A stretch of DNA of 35,488 nt from Eledone cirrhosa (lineage: Eukaryota). Under the pieces are notes generated by a model. That model searched no databases. It was not told the origin of the DNA and worked only from the letters and a program-made list of their open reading frames with translations. The stretch spans positions 1-35,488 of the forward strand of contig CAXHJY010000667.1 in NCBI GenBank assembly GCA_964016885.1, written 5' to 3'. Made by a program: the position numbers and the translations under genes. This document shows, one piece after another, positions 13,914-27,534 of the stretch (the first letter of the stretch is position 1; each line of letters begins with the position of its first letter).

Positions 13914-14111
13914 GGCGGTAGATTGGCAGTATCGGTAGAGCGTCAGACACCATGCTTTGTAGCATAGAGTTACGGCCCTTTATGTTCTGAGTTCAAATAA
14001 CTTTGCCTCTCATCCATAAAGGGTCGATAAAATAAAGTACCAGTCATACACTGGGGTCGATTTAATTGACTTTCCCACCAAAATTGTTGGCCTGGTGCCT
14101 AAATCAGAAAC
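13914..14111 (+). mobile_element. tRNA-derived SINE family 1
   Basis: GGCGGTAGATTGGCAGTATCGGTAGAGCG...GAGTTCAAAT...GGGTCGATAAAATAAAGTACCAG...GGCCTGGTGCCTAAATCAGAAAC. Confidence 0.85.
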
Positions 14112-14124
14112 TATTACTTTCTTC

Positions 14125-14160
<36 letters not shown>

Positions 14161-14280
14161 CTATATGTATATATATATATATATACATACATACATATGT
14201 GTTGTTTTTTGCTTTCCTATTTACTATATATATGTATATATATATATATGTCTATATATATATATGTCTATATATATATA

Positions 14281-14315
<35 letters not shown>

Positions 14316-14319
<4 letters not shown>

Positions 14320-14502
14320 GTTTCTACTTTAGGCACAAGGCCAGCAATTATCCAGTTCATTACTGGTACTTTATTTTATCGACCCCGTAAGGATGAAAGG
14401 CAAAGTCAACCTCGGCGGGATTTGAACTCAGATCGTAAAGGGACGTAACTATGCTGGAAAGCATGGCGTCCGACCCTCTACCGATACTGCCAATCCACCG
14501 CC
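14316..14502 (-). mobile_element. tRNA-derived SINE family 1, full length
   Basis: Reverse complement of the family consensus, including A and B boxes. Confidence 0.9.
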
Positions 14503-14518
14503 ATTATATATATATATA

Positions 14519-14792
14519 TAATGAAGGAAATGTGGTAAGGAACCAGGTGGACCATAACGCACCAAAGTACTCAATACTTAGGGTAGTAGAGTGGGTAATA
14601 GGAATGAGTAGGACCCCGACGGCTGAGCTCAAGCCGTTTCGACGGCTATTTCAGTCCAGAAATAGCCGTCGAAACGGCTTGAGCTCTGTCGTCGGGGTTA
14701 AACATTTTCCTATTTACCACTCTACTACCCTAAGTATTGAGTACTCTGGTACGTTATTGTCCATCTGGTTCCTTACCCCACTTCCTTCGTTA
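14519..14792. mobile_element. Family C fold-back palindromic element (two long arms)
   Basis: ~135-bp inverted arms centred near 14655; flanked by (TA)n; related copies at 18972, 22884 and 29269. Confidence 0.85.
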
Positions 14793-15158
14793 TATATATA
14801 TATATGTATATGTGTGAGTCGAATAAATTGTGTGTGTGTGTGCCAAATAATGTGTCAGCCTGTAAATGTATATTTCAGTACAAGAGGAAAATCTGTGTTG
14901 TTGTTGATGTTGTTATTAAAGAATTGTTGTGCGTATGTGTGTGAAATACTGTGCTATATATATAGATGTGTGTGTGTGTGTTTGTAATAATGTTCTATAT
15001 ATATAGATGTGTGTATGTGACGGGGTTATGTGTGTGTTTGTGTCCATCTATATTTGAATTAAGTTATTGTTTTTATTGTTGTTGTTGTTTTTGTGAATGT
15101 GTGTTGGGTCCTATGTGTGTATATACGTGTGTGACATTGTGTCGCTATATATCTATGT

Positions 15159-15195
<37 letters not shown>

Positions 15196-15292
15196 CACCA
15201 CAGTATGTGAGTGTGAGTGAGTGTATGTGTGGGTACATCTGTGTTTGAATGTATTTATCGTTATTGTTATTATCGTTGTTGATTTGCATAAG

Positions 15293-15332
<40 letters not shown>

Positions 15333-15380
15333 CATATATATATATATAAACACACATATATATATGTATATATATATATT

Positions 15381-15412
<32 letters not shown>

Positions 15413-15607
15413 AGTATATATATAATACAAATAAAATGTATATATATATATGTAATACATACATAAATGTATATATATATATATATAATACATACATAAA
15501 TGTATGCATATATATATGTATATGTGTGTGTGTGTGAGTTAGGGGGGTGTAAATGTTTGTACCTGAGTGTACGTGTGCGTGTCTGTGTGTGAGAATAGAT
15601 CTAAAGT

Positions 15608-15639
<32 letters not shown>

Positions 15640-16127
15640 GAGAAAGAAAGAAAGAAAGAAAGAAAGAAAAAAAGAAAGAAAGAAAGAATGAGAACGAAAG
15701 CTAAGAAGGAAAAAAAAGAAAAAATAAGGAAAATAAAAGGCCAAAAAATAAGGAATTAAAAGTAAATATATTATAAAAAACAAGTGAGAAACATTTTAAA
15801 ATGCAAGAAGTAGGGCCGAGGGTTTAGAGAGGGGCTGGGAGAAAACCCCCTTTTTTTAAATGGCCGAAATAAACAAAGAGCGAAAGGTAGGCTGAAAAAT
15901 AAAAGAAATGGAGGTGGTGAGGGGTTAAGGTAGAGGGAAAAGGTGAAGGAAGAAAGGAAACTGGAGAGAAAGCGAGGTTGAGAAGGTGAGAGAGCGGGAG
16001 AAGACAAGGGAGGTAATAGGCAAAAGTTATAAGGGAGTATGTATTTATATATATATATATATATATATGTATGTACATATATATATATATTTATATACAT
16101 GAGCGTGTACAGATTTATTTATATATG

Positions 16128-16406
<279 letters not shown>

Positions 16407-16432
16407 ACGTATATATATATACATTTATATAG

Positions 16433-16467
<35 letters not shown>

Positions 16468-16532
16468 TATGTATAGATATATCTACATACATATATTTAA
16501 AGACACATACACAATATACATACATGCATACT

Positions 16533-16572
<40 letters not shown>

Positions 16573-17211
16573 CACGTATCTACATACAGCCCCTCCCCAA
16601 TCAAAATGAAACCCACCAGACGACGGAATGGGAACCAGTTTACGGGAGAAGGGTTGGTGGAGGATGGGGGAGGAGACCTGAAGTATTGTTTATTTATTGG
16701 TGGCCATTTTGGTAGAAAATTACTTTGAATAGACGCCAACCGCCGTCTGGCGGACGTTTTTGTAACAAAGGGGTTGGACAAGGGAGGGAAGTCCAATGCA
16801 CACACAGCACAATCTCTTCTCTCGGGTCTTAAATACACACACAAATACGTATATATATATATATGTATATATGTGTGTGTATATATATGCATATGTATGT
16901 ATGTATGTATGTTTGTATGTGGAAGTATGTATGTATACATGCATGTATGTGCGTATGTATGTATATATGTAGGTAGGTATGTTTGTATGTATGTGTTATG
17001 ATTGTATGTGGAAGTATGTGTGTATGTATGTATGTTTGTGTGTGTGTGTATGTATCTAGGTATGTTTGTGTGCATGTGTCTATATATATGTATATTTGTG
17101 TGTATGTATTTGTATTGTATATATATATATATGTTAAAACGCACATGCAAACAGATATATATATATATACCCATATATACATACATACATACATGCATAC
17201 ACACACATACG

Positions 17212-17247
<36 letters not shown>

Positions 17248-17299
17248 CTTTATAATGGCCAAGTGTGGAGTATTTTGACTTAGGAGTTTCATCTGTATA

Positions 17300-17359
<60 letters not shown>

Positions 17360-17363
<4 letters not shown>

Positions 17364-17849
17364 AGAGTTCTATTTAAATTGTTGGAATACAACAAGTAAA
17401 TATTTTTATAACTGATATAAAGCACTCGACAAGTATTTGGAGTAGATATACGATATATTAACAAATGGAAACTATATTTATAAAACCATATTTATTTCAT
17501 TATACATATTTCAAGGATACCAAGTTAAATTATGGTGTGCTTTCATCAGACAAAATACAATATATATCAGTTTTATAAATAAGCATTGACGTACCCTTTC
17601 AAAATGCGACCATTACTTTAGGAGGACATCAGGATATAAAACTGATATATATTGTATTTTGTCTGATGAAGGCATACCATAATTTAACTTGGTAACCTTG
17701 AAATATGTATAATGAAATAAATATGGTTTTATAAATATAGTTTCCATTCGTTAATATCGTATATCTACTCCAAATACTCGTCGAGAGCTTTATATCAGTT
17801 ATAAAAATATTTACTTGTTGTATCCCAACAATTTAAATAGAACTTTTGC

Positions 17850-17850
<1 letters not shown>
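17360..17850. mobile_element. Family A fold-back palindromic element with two HHRs
   Basis: Inverted arms 17360-17577 / 17635-17850 with a 57-bp spacer; HHRs at 17493-17557 (-) and 17655-17719 (+); (TA)n flanks. Confidence 0.9.
17655..17719 (+). ncRNA. Type I hammerhead ribozyme motif (family A)
   Basis: TATTTTGT-CTGATGA-AGGCATACCA...TGGTAACCTT-GAAA-TATGTA-TA-ATGAAATA; stem I pairs with G-U wobbles; stem II imperfect. Confidence 0.75.
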
Positions 17851-17900
<50 letters not shown>

Positions 17901-18184
17901 AATATATATATAAATATAAATATATATATATATTTATATATATACGCAGATACACACACACACAAACACACATACACACAAACACACACAAACACATATA
18001 TATATATATATATATACACTTATACAATTGTCCGGCATCTCTTGTAGAATTACTGAGCACTATGTTAAGACTTAGGAGTGAAATTCAAAATCGGTTTTGC
18101 TGACACCTTAAGAGGGATGCTGCTCCATCTAGTGGGCAGTGAATGGCCTGCCCATCCCCTCAATCTTTCTAAAACATCATTCTT

Positions 18185-18220
18185 TCTTCTGATGAAGGAC
18201 TAACGTCCGAAACGTTAAGA
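18185..18220 (+). ncRNA. Minimal type I hammerhead ribozyme motif (family F element, ~18025-18320)
   Basis: TCTT-CTGATGA-A-GGAC-TAAC-GTCC-GAAA-CG-TT-AAGA; palindromic ACGT in place of a full stem III; downstream GCGTTAAACTAATA. Confidence 0.8.
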
Positions 18221-18315
18221 CCCTCTTCCTGCTATATCAAGCGTTAAACTAATATATCCCTTCCATATAATCTACCGATTCTGTTGTTATTTCTGTTTAC
18301 CTTTTACACTCACTT

Positions 18316-18419
<104 letters not shown>

Positions 18420-18476
18420 CAGACAGGGTGTGGTAAGATACCAGGGGTGCTCAGCCATCTGGGTGCTGACTCTTTT

Positions 18477-18530
<54 letters not shown>

Positions 18531-18532
<2 letters not shown>

Positions 18533-18940
18533 AGAGTATTGAAGTTTGCTTGAAGCGTTGTGGAACAATAAGTAAATATCTTTAAGTCGTTTGGAAGCCT
18601 CGACAATGCAAATGGGTAAATCTCAAAACAACAAACAGCGAAGGACGCGTTCCGGACTTGTCCGACAGACAACCTTTTCCTCCACCCCGGAAAAAAACCC
18701 CAGTTGATGGATGTGAATCCGAAATATATAGGGACTATTAAATCTCTCCCATGGTAACTCTCTTTTGTGTTGTTATTTTTATTTTATCCTTTATACTCTT
18801 CCCTTCATTCTACACATCTCACCCATCTTATACACACCACGATTCTCAACGTACACCCACTTACATCTCTCTCTCCACCACCGGACCTTGTTACCCGGAG
18901 ATTTACCCATTTGCATTGTCGAGGCTTCCAAACGACTTAA

Positions 18941-18946
<6 letters not shown>
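18531..18946. mobile_element. Family D element with 49-bp inverted repeat and degenerate HHR
   Basis: Inverted repeat 18576-18624 / 18898-18946; CCC-CAGTTGA-T-GGAT-GTGA-ATCC-GAAA-TATA-TA-GGG at 18698-18733 (two core substitutions); (TA)n flanks. Confidence 0.7.
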
Positions 18947-18971
<25 letters not shown>

Positions 18972-18975
<4 letters not shown>

Positions 18976-19110
18976 AAAAAGTATGACCCCCGACGGCAGA
19001 GCTCTGCCGTCGGGGTCATACTTTTGCCTATTAGCCACTCTACTACCCTAAGTATTGAGTACTCTGGTGCGTTATGGTCCATCTGCTTCCTTACCACAAT
19101 TCCTTCGTTA
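18972..19110. mobile_element. Family C fold-back element (short left arm)
   Basis: Palindrome centred on GAGCTC 18999-19004; right arm continues to TTCCTTCGTTA. Confidence 0.8.
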
Positions 19111-19217
19111 TATATATATATATATACATATACATACATATATATATACATATATATACATATATATATAAACATTAAAATATAAATATTAATAAAATAG
19201 ATGTTCTTTTGATCAAT

Positions 19218-19276
19218 TACATTTTATTATACATATTTCGGATGTACAACAGTACGTCCTCATCAGACAAAATATA
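19218..19276 (-). ncRNA. Type I hammerhead ribozyme motif (family A-related element, ~19185-19330)
   Basis: Minus strand TATATTTTGT-CTGATGA-GGACGTAC-TGTT-GTACATCC-GAAA-TATGTA-TA-ATAAAATGTA; 10-bp stem I; 8-bp stem II with one mismatch. Confidence 0.85.
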
Positions 19277-19593
19277 ATGATACATGGCATACCCTGAGAT
19301 GCTAAATGTTTAAGATTTAATCAAGGTAGTATATATATATATGTAATATATATATATATACATATATTTATATATTACATATATTTATATATTTATATAT
19401 TATATATTATATATGTTTATATATATATATATATTTATATATTATATATTACATATATTTATATATTATATATTACATATTACATATGTTTATTGTTATA
19501 TATTTATATATTATATATATATGTATGTATTTATATATATTCTTTTTTATACGTTCGTACACTCATACATAAATACATTTGTATATGCTTACA

Positions 19594-19644
<51 letters not shown>

Positions 19645-19881
19645 TGTGTGTGTCTGCATGTATATGTATGTATATACACACACTTGTACTATATATACCC
19701 TTAAAACTGGAAGTATGCCCACAATAGCAAACAGGAGAATTGAGAGGTCAAAACAGTGGACGTACATTGAAGGTGGCGGTGGTGGTGGCTGTGGTGATGG
19801 GGTTGGTGGCAGTGGTTATGGGGGTGGGGGTGTTTAAGGTAGCTTGAGGGTGATGATTACGACAACGATGACGCGTCTGTG

Positions 19882-19940
<59 letters not shown>

Positions 19941-20003
19941 ATATATGTATATATATATGTGTATATATGTATATATATATGTGTATATATGTATATATAT
20001 ATG

Positions 20004-20035
<32 letters not shown>

Positions 20036-20163
20036 TATGAACATATATATATATGTATATATACATATATATATACATATGTACATATATATATAAATAT
20101 ATATATATACGTATATATATATACATGTATACATATATATACATACATATAACATATATATAT

Positions 20164-20202
<39 letters not shown>

Positions 20203-20211
20203 CATGTATAC

Positions 20212-20285
<74 letters not shown>

Positions 20286-20313
20286 ATATATATATATATA
20301 TATATATATTTAC

Positions 20314-20387
<74 letters not shown>

Positions 20388-20400
20388 TATATACACACAT

Positions 20401-20439
<39 letters not shown>

Positions 20440-20443
20440 TATA

Positions 20444-20725
20444 AAACCAACATTGACTCCCAGCAACGAAGACCATTGAAAATGGCTTGAGGCTGGAGTC
20501 AAGACGGTCAGGTGTAACAAAGGCAGAGTTAAGGTGGCCGAAAGGTGAGGATGGCTCAAACTTTTGGCCCCTGAAAGGGTCAAATTGTAGAGTTAAACAA
20601 ACGTGTTCCTTGTGCTGGCGCTGCTCTGCTTGATGGGCCACCCTTGGGCAATTTCTGCCACATTCCCCGTGGATAGTACAATTGTCCGTCTGTGGTACGT
20701 AGGGCTTCGATTTGCATCTAGCTAG
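20444..20725 (-). mobile_element. Possible decayed 3' end of an RTE-like LINE (zinc-finger remnant)
   Basis: Minus translation [31 protein letters not shown] resembles a degenerate C..CGR.C...HQ terminal C2H2; flanked by (TA)n. Confidence 0.3.
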
Positions 20726-20749
20726 TATATATACCCCCCCCCCCACATA

Positions 20750-20808
<59 letters not shown>

Positions 20809-20813
20809 GTATA

Positions 20814-20902
<89 letters not shown>

Positions 20903-20962
20903 GTATATGTATATATATGTATATGTATATGTATATGTATATATATATATATATGTATATGT

Positions 20963-20994
<32 letters not shown>

Positions 20995-20996
20995 GT

Positions 20997-21046
<50 letters not shown>

Positions 21047-21162
21047 GTATATATATATATATATATATACATATATATATGTATATATATATGTATATGT
21101 ATATATGTGTATATATATATGTGTATGCATATATATTCATATATTTATATGTATGTATATAC

Positions 21163-21199
<37 letters not shown>

Positions 21200-21203
<4 letters not shown>

Positions 21204-21479
21204 GGAGGTGAGTTTTATTGTAGTACAATAAAGCAATGCAGATATCGGATAAGAAGCACTCTACAGTTTGTAGGATTGGAGTATACATAATATAAGATCA
21301 AAAGATGGTTAAAGGAGTTCCATGTATTTAAAACTGCACTATCCACAAGTGTTTTTTAGCCTTCATATCATGTTCTCCTGTTTTATCTGATGAAAACACA
21401 AATATTATTGCATGATGATGTTTGTTTTTGAAATGCGCATAATAAAATACATGGAACTCCTTTAACCATCTTTTGATCT

Positions 21480-21481
<2 letters not shown>
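21200..21481. mobile_element. Family B fold-back element with one HHR
   Basis: Left arm is the inverted tail (21200-21329); right arm is sense with HHR 21379-21449 (TGTTTTAT-CTGATGA...GAAA-TGCGCA-TA-ATAAAATA). Confidence 0.85.
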
Positions 21482-21559
<78 letters not shown>

Positions 21560-21692
21560 ATAATAATAAATTTGAAGACTAAAATCCAAAGAAGGCTCGA
21601 TAAGGATAAATATATATCAAATATATAAGAACCATATATATATATATATATATGAATGTATATATGTATATATATATATACATAAATATATG

Positions 21693-21745
<53 letters not shown>

Positions 21746-21815
21746 GTATATATATATACATATATATATATATTTATATGTATATAGATATATATATATA
21801 TATTTATATGTATAT

Positions 21816-22160
21816 AGACAGACTGAATAAAAAAAGCGTAGACATACAATATAACAGGAGGAAAATATAGCACCACTGACGATGTTGCAGATGTGCAACG
21901 AAAGATTTATGATAAACTATATATATGTGTTTGTGTCTATATTGTATCTGTATTATTTTTGACCGCCGGTCAGTCAATGGCAACATTGAGGACCGAGTAT
22001 ATTAGATTACCGATATAAAAGATACAGAAGCGAGAAGCGAAAACCAACCAAACAGTGAGTGTGTTCTGTTATTAATTCTGGCAATATTACACAAATATGA
22101 CCCTCCCCAATATTCGTTTCGACACACGATTTCATATAAAAAACCTCGCAAAATTAATAT
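21816..22160 (+). mobile_element. Family E element with HHR
   Basis: HHR 21872-21913: ACCA-CTGACGA-T-GTTGCA-GATG-TGCAAC-GAAA-GATT-TA-TGAT; 3' end (ATGACCCTCCC...GTTTC.ACACACGATTTCA.ATAAA) shared with 25423-25569. Confidence 0.7.
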
Positions 22161-22169
22161 ATGTATCTA

Positions 22170-22207
<38 letters not shown>

Positions 22208-22260
22208 TATATATATATATATATACATATATACATATATACATATACATACACACACAT

Positions 22261-22291
<31 letters not shown>

Positions 22292-22615
22292 TAATCACAC
22301 AAAGAAGTGTATTTTGAATTACAGGGGTTGAAAACCACTTTGGTGCCATACATATAATTTACAAAAAATGGAAAATACTTACAACCGGAAAGAAATGAAT
22401 TAAAATGTACTAACCATATCAATAACTATTAAACTCCTGGAGAAACTACAGATAGAATTTATACAAATATATTATTGTTAGTCAATACTCAACTTTTTCC
22501 ATTTCTTAGAGGGTTCTAAACCTCACACTCAGGCTAAAATTTATTTAGTAAAAAAAATCGGCGAAAGCTTCTATTTCTAATTTTCAAACTCGCTCGCTGT
22601 TTCAAGGCATTCTTA

Positions 22616-22651
<36 letters not shown>

Positions 22652-22654
<3 letters not shown>

Positions 22655-22794
22655 GTATGTCAATATTTATTTATAAAACTGATCTATATTGTATTTTGTC
22701 TGATGAAAGCACACCATAATTTAAAAGGTGTCCTTGAAATATGTATAATAAAATAAATCTGGTTTTATAAATATAGTTTCCATTTGTTAATATC

Positions 22795-22795
<1 letters not shown>
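22652..22795 (+). mobile_element. Family A element, single arm with HHR
   Basis: HHR 22692-22755 with intact CTGATGA/GAAA; (TA)n on both sides. Confidence 0.85.
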
Positions 22796-22883
<88 letters not shown>

Positions 22884-22885
<2 letters not shown>

Positions 22886-23080
22886 ACGAAGGAAATGTGG
22901 TAAGGAACCAGATGGACCATAACGCACCAAAGTACTCAATACTTAGGGTAGTAGAGTGGGTAATAGGAACGAGTAGGACCCCGACGGCTGAGCTTAAGCC
23001 GGTTCGACGGCTAAATCTGGACTGAGTCCAGAATTAGCCGTCGAAACGGCTTGAGCTCAGCCGTCAGGGTCCTACTTGTT

Positions 23081-23084
<4 letters not shown>
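22884..23084. mobile_element. Family C fold-back element (short right arm)
   Basis: Palindrome centred at ~23024 (TCTGGACT-G-AGTCCAGA). Confidence 0.85.
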
Positions 23085-23124
<40 letters not shown>

Positions 23125-23125
<1 letters not shown>

Positions 23126-23425
23126 GCAAAAGTTTTATTTAAATTGTTGGGATACAACAAGTAAATATTTTTATAACTGATATAAAGCACTCGACAAGTA
23201 TTTGGAGTAGATATACGATATTAACAAATGGAAACTATATTTATAAAACCATATTTATTTCATTATACATATTTCTAGGATACCAAGTTAAATTATGGTA
23301 TGCCTTCACTGATATATATTGTATTTTGTCTGATGAAGGCATACCATCATTTAACTTGGTAACCTTGAAATATGTATAATGAAATAAATATGGTTTTATA
23401 AATATAGTTTCCATTTATTAATATC

Positions 23426-23426
<1 letters not shown>
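23125..23426. mobile_element. Family A fold-back element (long left arm, HHR in right arm)
   Basis: Inverted arms 23216-23308 / 23334-23426; HHR 23322-23386 (+); left arm breaks inside the CUGAUGA core. Confidence 0.85.
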
Positions 23427-23457
<31 letters not shown>

Positions 23458-23461
<4 letters not shown>

Positions 23462-23740
23462 GCTGTTGTATGCGGTAGGCCGTATGACCACTCGATGCCC
23501 TCGTCGAGCAGAGTATGATATCACAGAAGGTAGAGAATCAGTGCTGCGACGAACGAAAGGAATTTATTGGACATGTTACAATTGTTTCTCGGGCGACCAG
23601 CTCGAGGCACGATTGATGTGGTGATCAAACCTGACTCTGAAATCGCGCGGTCCTCGGACGCGTTTCGATTCTACGCCCGAGAAACAATTGTAATATGTCC
23701 AATAAATTCCTTTAGTTGCAACACTGATTCTATTTTTTCT

Positions 23741-23747
<7 letters not shown>
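23458..23747. mobile_element. Family H fold-back element with half HHR
   Basis: Inverted arms ~23518-23595 / 23674-23747; minus-strand GAAACGCGTC (palindromic stem III + GUC) at ~23658-23667 next to the junction; AATAAA in arms. Confidence 0.7.
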
Positions 23748-23774
<27 letters not shown>

Positions 23775-23778
<4 letters not shown>

Positions 23779-23995
23779 GGAACGATTGACTTTCGTCAAA
23801 TCGGACCGAGGGAACAATGTTTCCGTTGGTCTTTCCAATTGCTAATACTATCTGTCGGTCGCAACTCCAGGTAGAAGGAGCAATGTGAAATAAAGTGTCT
23901 TGCTCAAGGACATAACGCATCACCTGGTCCACGAATCGAACTCACAACCTTACGATTGCGAATCCAATTCCGTAACCACTCAGCCACACGCCTTC

Positions 23996-23996
<1 letters not shown>
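23775..23996 (-). mobile_element. tRNA-derived SINE family 2
   Basis: Minus strand GGCGTGTGGCTGAGTGGTTA (A box)...GAGTTCGATTC (B box)...GTCCTTGAGCAAGACACTTTATTTCACATTGCT (central-domain-like). Confidence 0.8.
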
Positions 23997-24030
<34 letters not shown>

Positions 24031-24035
24031 ATAAT

Positions 24036-24570
24036 AAAGTATGTCTCCCTACATGCAAAATACATATAGGGACACATGTATTATCCAACCATATGCCAAT
24101 GTAGTTCTATGGCAGGTAAATAAATTAACGAGCCAGAACATATATAATCAAGGTTTAGCAAATAAGAAAAAGTTTTAAATAAATTTTAAAAAGTTCACTC
24201 TACCTGCTGTAATTACCCTTACTGTACGGTTTCAAGTCTCAAAATAAATGGATAATCCATGCGGAAATCCATTGAAAAGAAAGACTTTCGTCAGAGGGTT
24301 CTTTTCGCTCGGAGAATATAACATTCCCGAGTTCAAATCACGAACTGGCGCCATTCAAAATTGTTCCCGAGATGAGAGTGTATGATGAAGAAGCAATTCT
24401 GTCCAGTGCCGTGTGTAAAGATAGAAGGCAGAGGCGGAATGGATTTCCGCATGGATTATCCATTTATTTTAAGACTAGAAACCGTACGGCAAGGGTAATT
24501 ACAGCAGGTACAGTGAACTTTAAAATTTATTTTAAAACTTTTTCTTATTTGCTAAAAACTTGATTATATA
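24036..24570. mobile_element. Family G fold-back element with one complete and one half HHR
   Basis: Inverted arms 24141-24273 / 24438-24570; extra left tail; (TA)n flanks. Confidence 0.8.
24216..24298 (-). ncRNA. Type I hammerhead ribozyme motif with extended stem II
   Basis: Minus strand CCCT-CTGACGA-AAGTCTT...AATGGAT..ATCCATT...GAGACTT-GAAA-CCGTACAG-TA-AGGG; the two arms give consensus palindromic stem III ACCGTACGGT; GUA triplet. Confidence 0.8.
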
Positions 24571-24583
24571 TATATATATATAT

Positions 24584-24641
<58 letters not shown>

Positions 24642-24654
24642 CAGCCCGTTTTCT

Positions 24655-24745
24655 CACCTGGTACTTTCTTTATCGACCCCGAATGGATGAAAGGATCAAA
24701 GTGAACAACGAGATTTGATCTGACAATGTAGACACACGGAACTAA
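24655..24745 (-). mobile_element. Diverged fragment of SINE family 1 body
   Basis: CTGGTACTTTCTTTATCGACCCCGAATGGATGAAAGG. Confidence 0.7.
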
Positions 24746-24819
24746 TATGTAACGCCCTGTAATAAGTCTGGCTGATTGACTGATATATATATATATATGT
24801 GTATATATATATATATATC

Positions 24820-25235
24820 ATCTCCGGGAGAGATGACCCCTTAGCCTTTGTCAAGGCAGAATTCTAGGAGAAGGAAAACTCTGATATAACACCTGCAACC
24901 CTGATGGTATCCAATGATGTTGACTTATTCTTCTTTTTGGTAAATATCAACTCGGGTTAAGAGAGTGGGACTGGCTTTGTGCAGTGCCTTTGCTCACTAT
25001 AAAAGCTTCACGGCACAGGCATTGCTTTGTATCTGGAGATCTCTCTGCACTTGTCCTCACATGGTACCATGGGCCCAGCACTATGTGTCAATAATTGTCA
25101 CAGGTGTAGTGTTTGTACCAGAGTTTTCAAGTCGCTGGCTGGACTAAAAGTCACACTCGTTCAGCGCATCGGTAGGGGTTCTCCTACATGGATATAAAGT
25201 AGTGGCCGTACTCGAAAACGAGTTGGCAGCCACCA
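24820..25235 (+). mobile_element. Bipartite non-autonomous RTE-derived element with C2H2 zinc-finger remnant
   Basis: 5' CTAGGAGAAGGAAAACTCTGA (resembles RTE 5' region, from memory); 25105-25169 encodes [22 protein letters not shown] (C-x2-C-x3-F-x5-L-x2-H-x4-H, one frameshift) then stop; terminal hairpin CTCG-AAAA-CGAG and (AT)n tail. Confidence 0.6.
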
Positions 25236-25262
25236 TATATATATATATGTATATATATATAT

Positions 25263-25569
<307 letters not shown>

Positions 25570-25580
25570 TATATATATAT

Positions 25581-25658
<78 letters not shown>

Positions 25659-25659
25659 G

Positions 25660-25754
<95 letters not shown>

Positions 25755-25911
25755 GTATATATATATATGTATATATATATATGTATATATATATATGTAT
25801 ATATATATATGTATATATATATATGTATATATATATATGTATATATATATATGTATATATATATATGTATATATATATATGTATATATATATATATGTAT
25901 ATATATATATG

Positions 25912-26130
<219 letters not shown>

Positions 26131-26454
26131 ATGTATATTTGAGTGTCTGTGTGTGTGTATATATATATATATGTGTGTATGTATACATGTATACACATAT
26201 ACATGTATACATGTATACATGTGCGTGTGTGTGCATGCATGTGGGTATATGTGTATGTATGTGTATGGTTTTGTATAGATATACGTGTATGTGTGAGTGT
26301 GAGTGTGTGTATGTGTATGTTTATGCATGTGTGTATATATGTATATATGAATGTATGGGGGTATATGTGTGTGTGATTCTATTCCGGTATTGAAAGACCA
26401 ATTAACACTCTTGTCAGACCTCCTGTCTATCCATCAAAGTGACAGATAAGACGC

Positions 26455-27310
26455 ACACACATATATATACACACACACATATATATACATATATACACAC
26501 ATACACATATATATATATATATATACCCATATATTAACACGCTCACACTCACATATATATACACACACGTACATATATATACATATATATACACACACGT
26601 ACATATATATATACATATATACACATATATACACATATATATATACCCATATATAAACACTCTCACACACACATATATATACATACACGTACATATATAT
26701 ATATACCTATATACACACATACACATATATATATACCCATATATAAACACTCTCACACATATATACACACACACGTACATATATATATACATATATACAC
26801 ACATACACATATATATATACCCATATATAAACACTCACACATTCACGTATATATACACACACGTACATATATATATATATATACATATATACACACATAC
26901 ACATATATATATACCCATATATTAAACACTCACACACACATATATATACACACACGTACATATATATATACATATATACACACATAAACATATATATATA
27001 TATACACACATACACACATATATATATATATACCCATATATAAACACTCACACACACACATACATATATACACACACGTACATATATATACATATATACA
27101 CACACGTACATATACATACATATATACACACATACACATATATATATATACCCATATATAAACATTCACACACACACATACATATATACACACACGTACA
27201 TTTATATATACATATATACACACATACACACATATATATACCCATATATACACACATATATATACTCATATATAAACACTCACACACACACACACACACA
27301 TATATATATA
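26455..27310. repeat. Higher-order minisatellite built from (TA)/(CA) runs
   Basis: Anchors ACCCATAT..AAACAC and CACGTACA recur ~8-9 times at ~85-120-bp spacing. Confidence 0.85.
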
Positions 27311-27370
27311 AATAGCCACAGCCACATAGAAAACCATGTATAAATATATATATATATATGCATGTGACTA

Positions 27371-27422
<52 letters not shown>

Positions 27423-27534
27423 TTTTTTTTGTTATTAGGGAATTTGAACGACTAAAAATAGGGCACTCAATACAGAAATAAAGCAAATCTCTCTGTACGT
27501 CTATCTGTCTGTTTGTCTACCTGTCCATCTGTCT

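Noticed and set aside
22288-22618. Possible Penelope ORF remnant (IIYKKWKIL) in a (TA)n-flanked island
   Set aside because: Stops in the frames I read and only a 4-residue resemblance; not supportable without a profile search.
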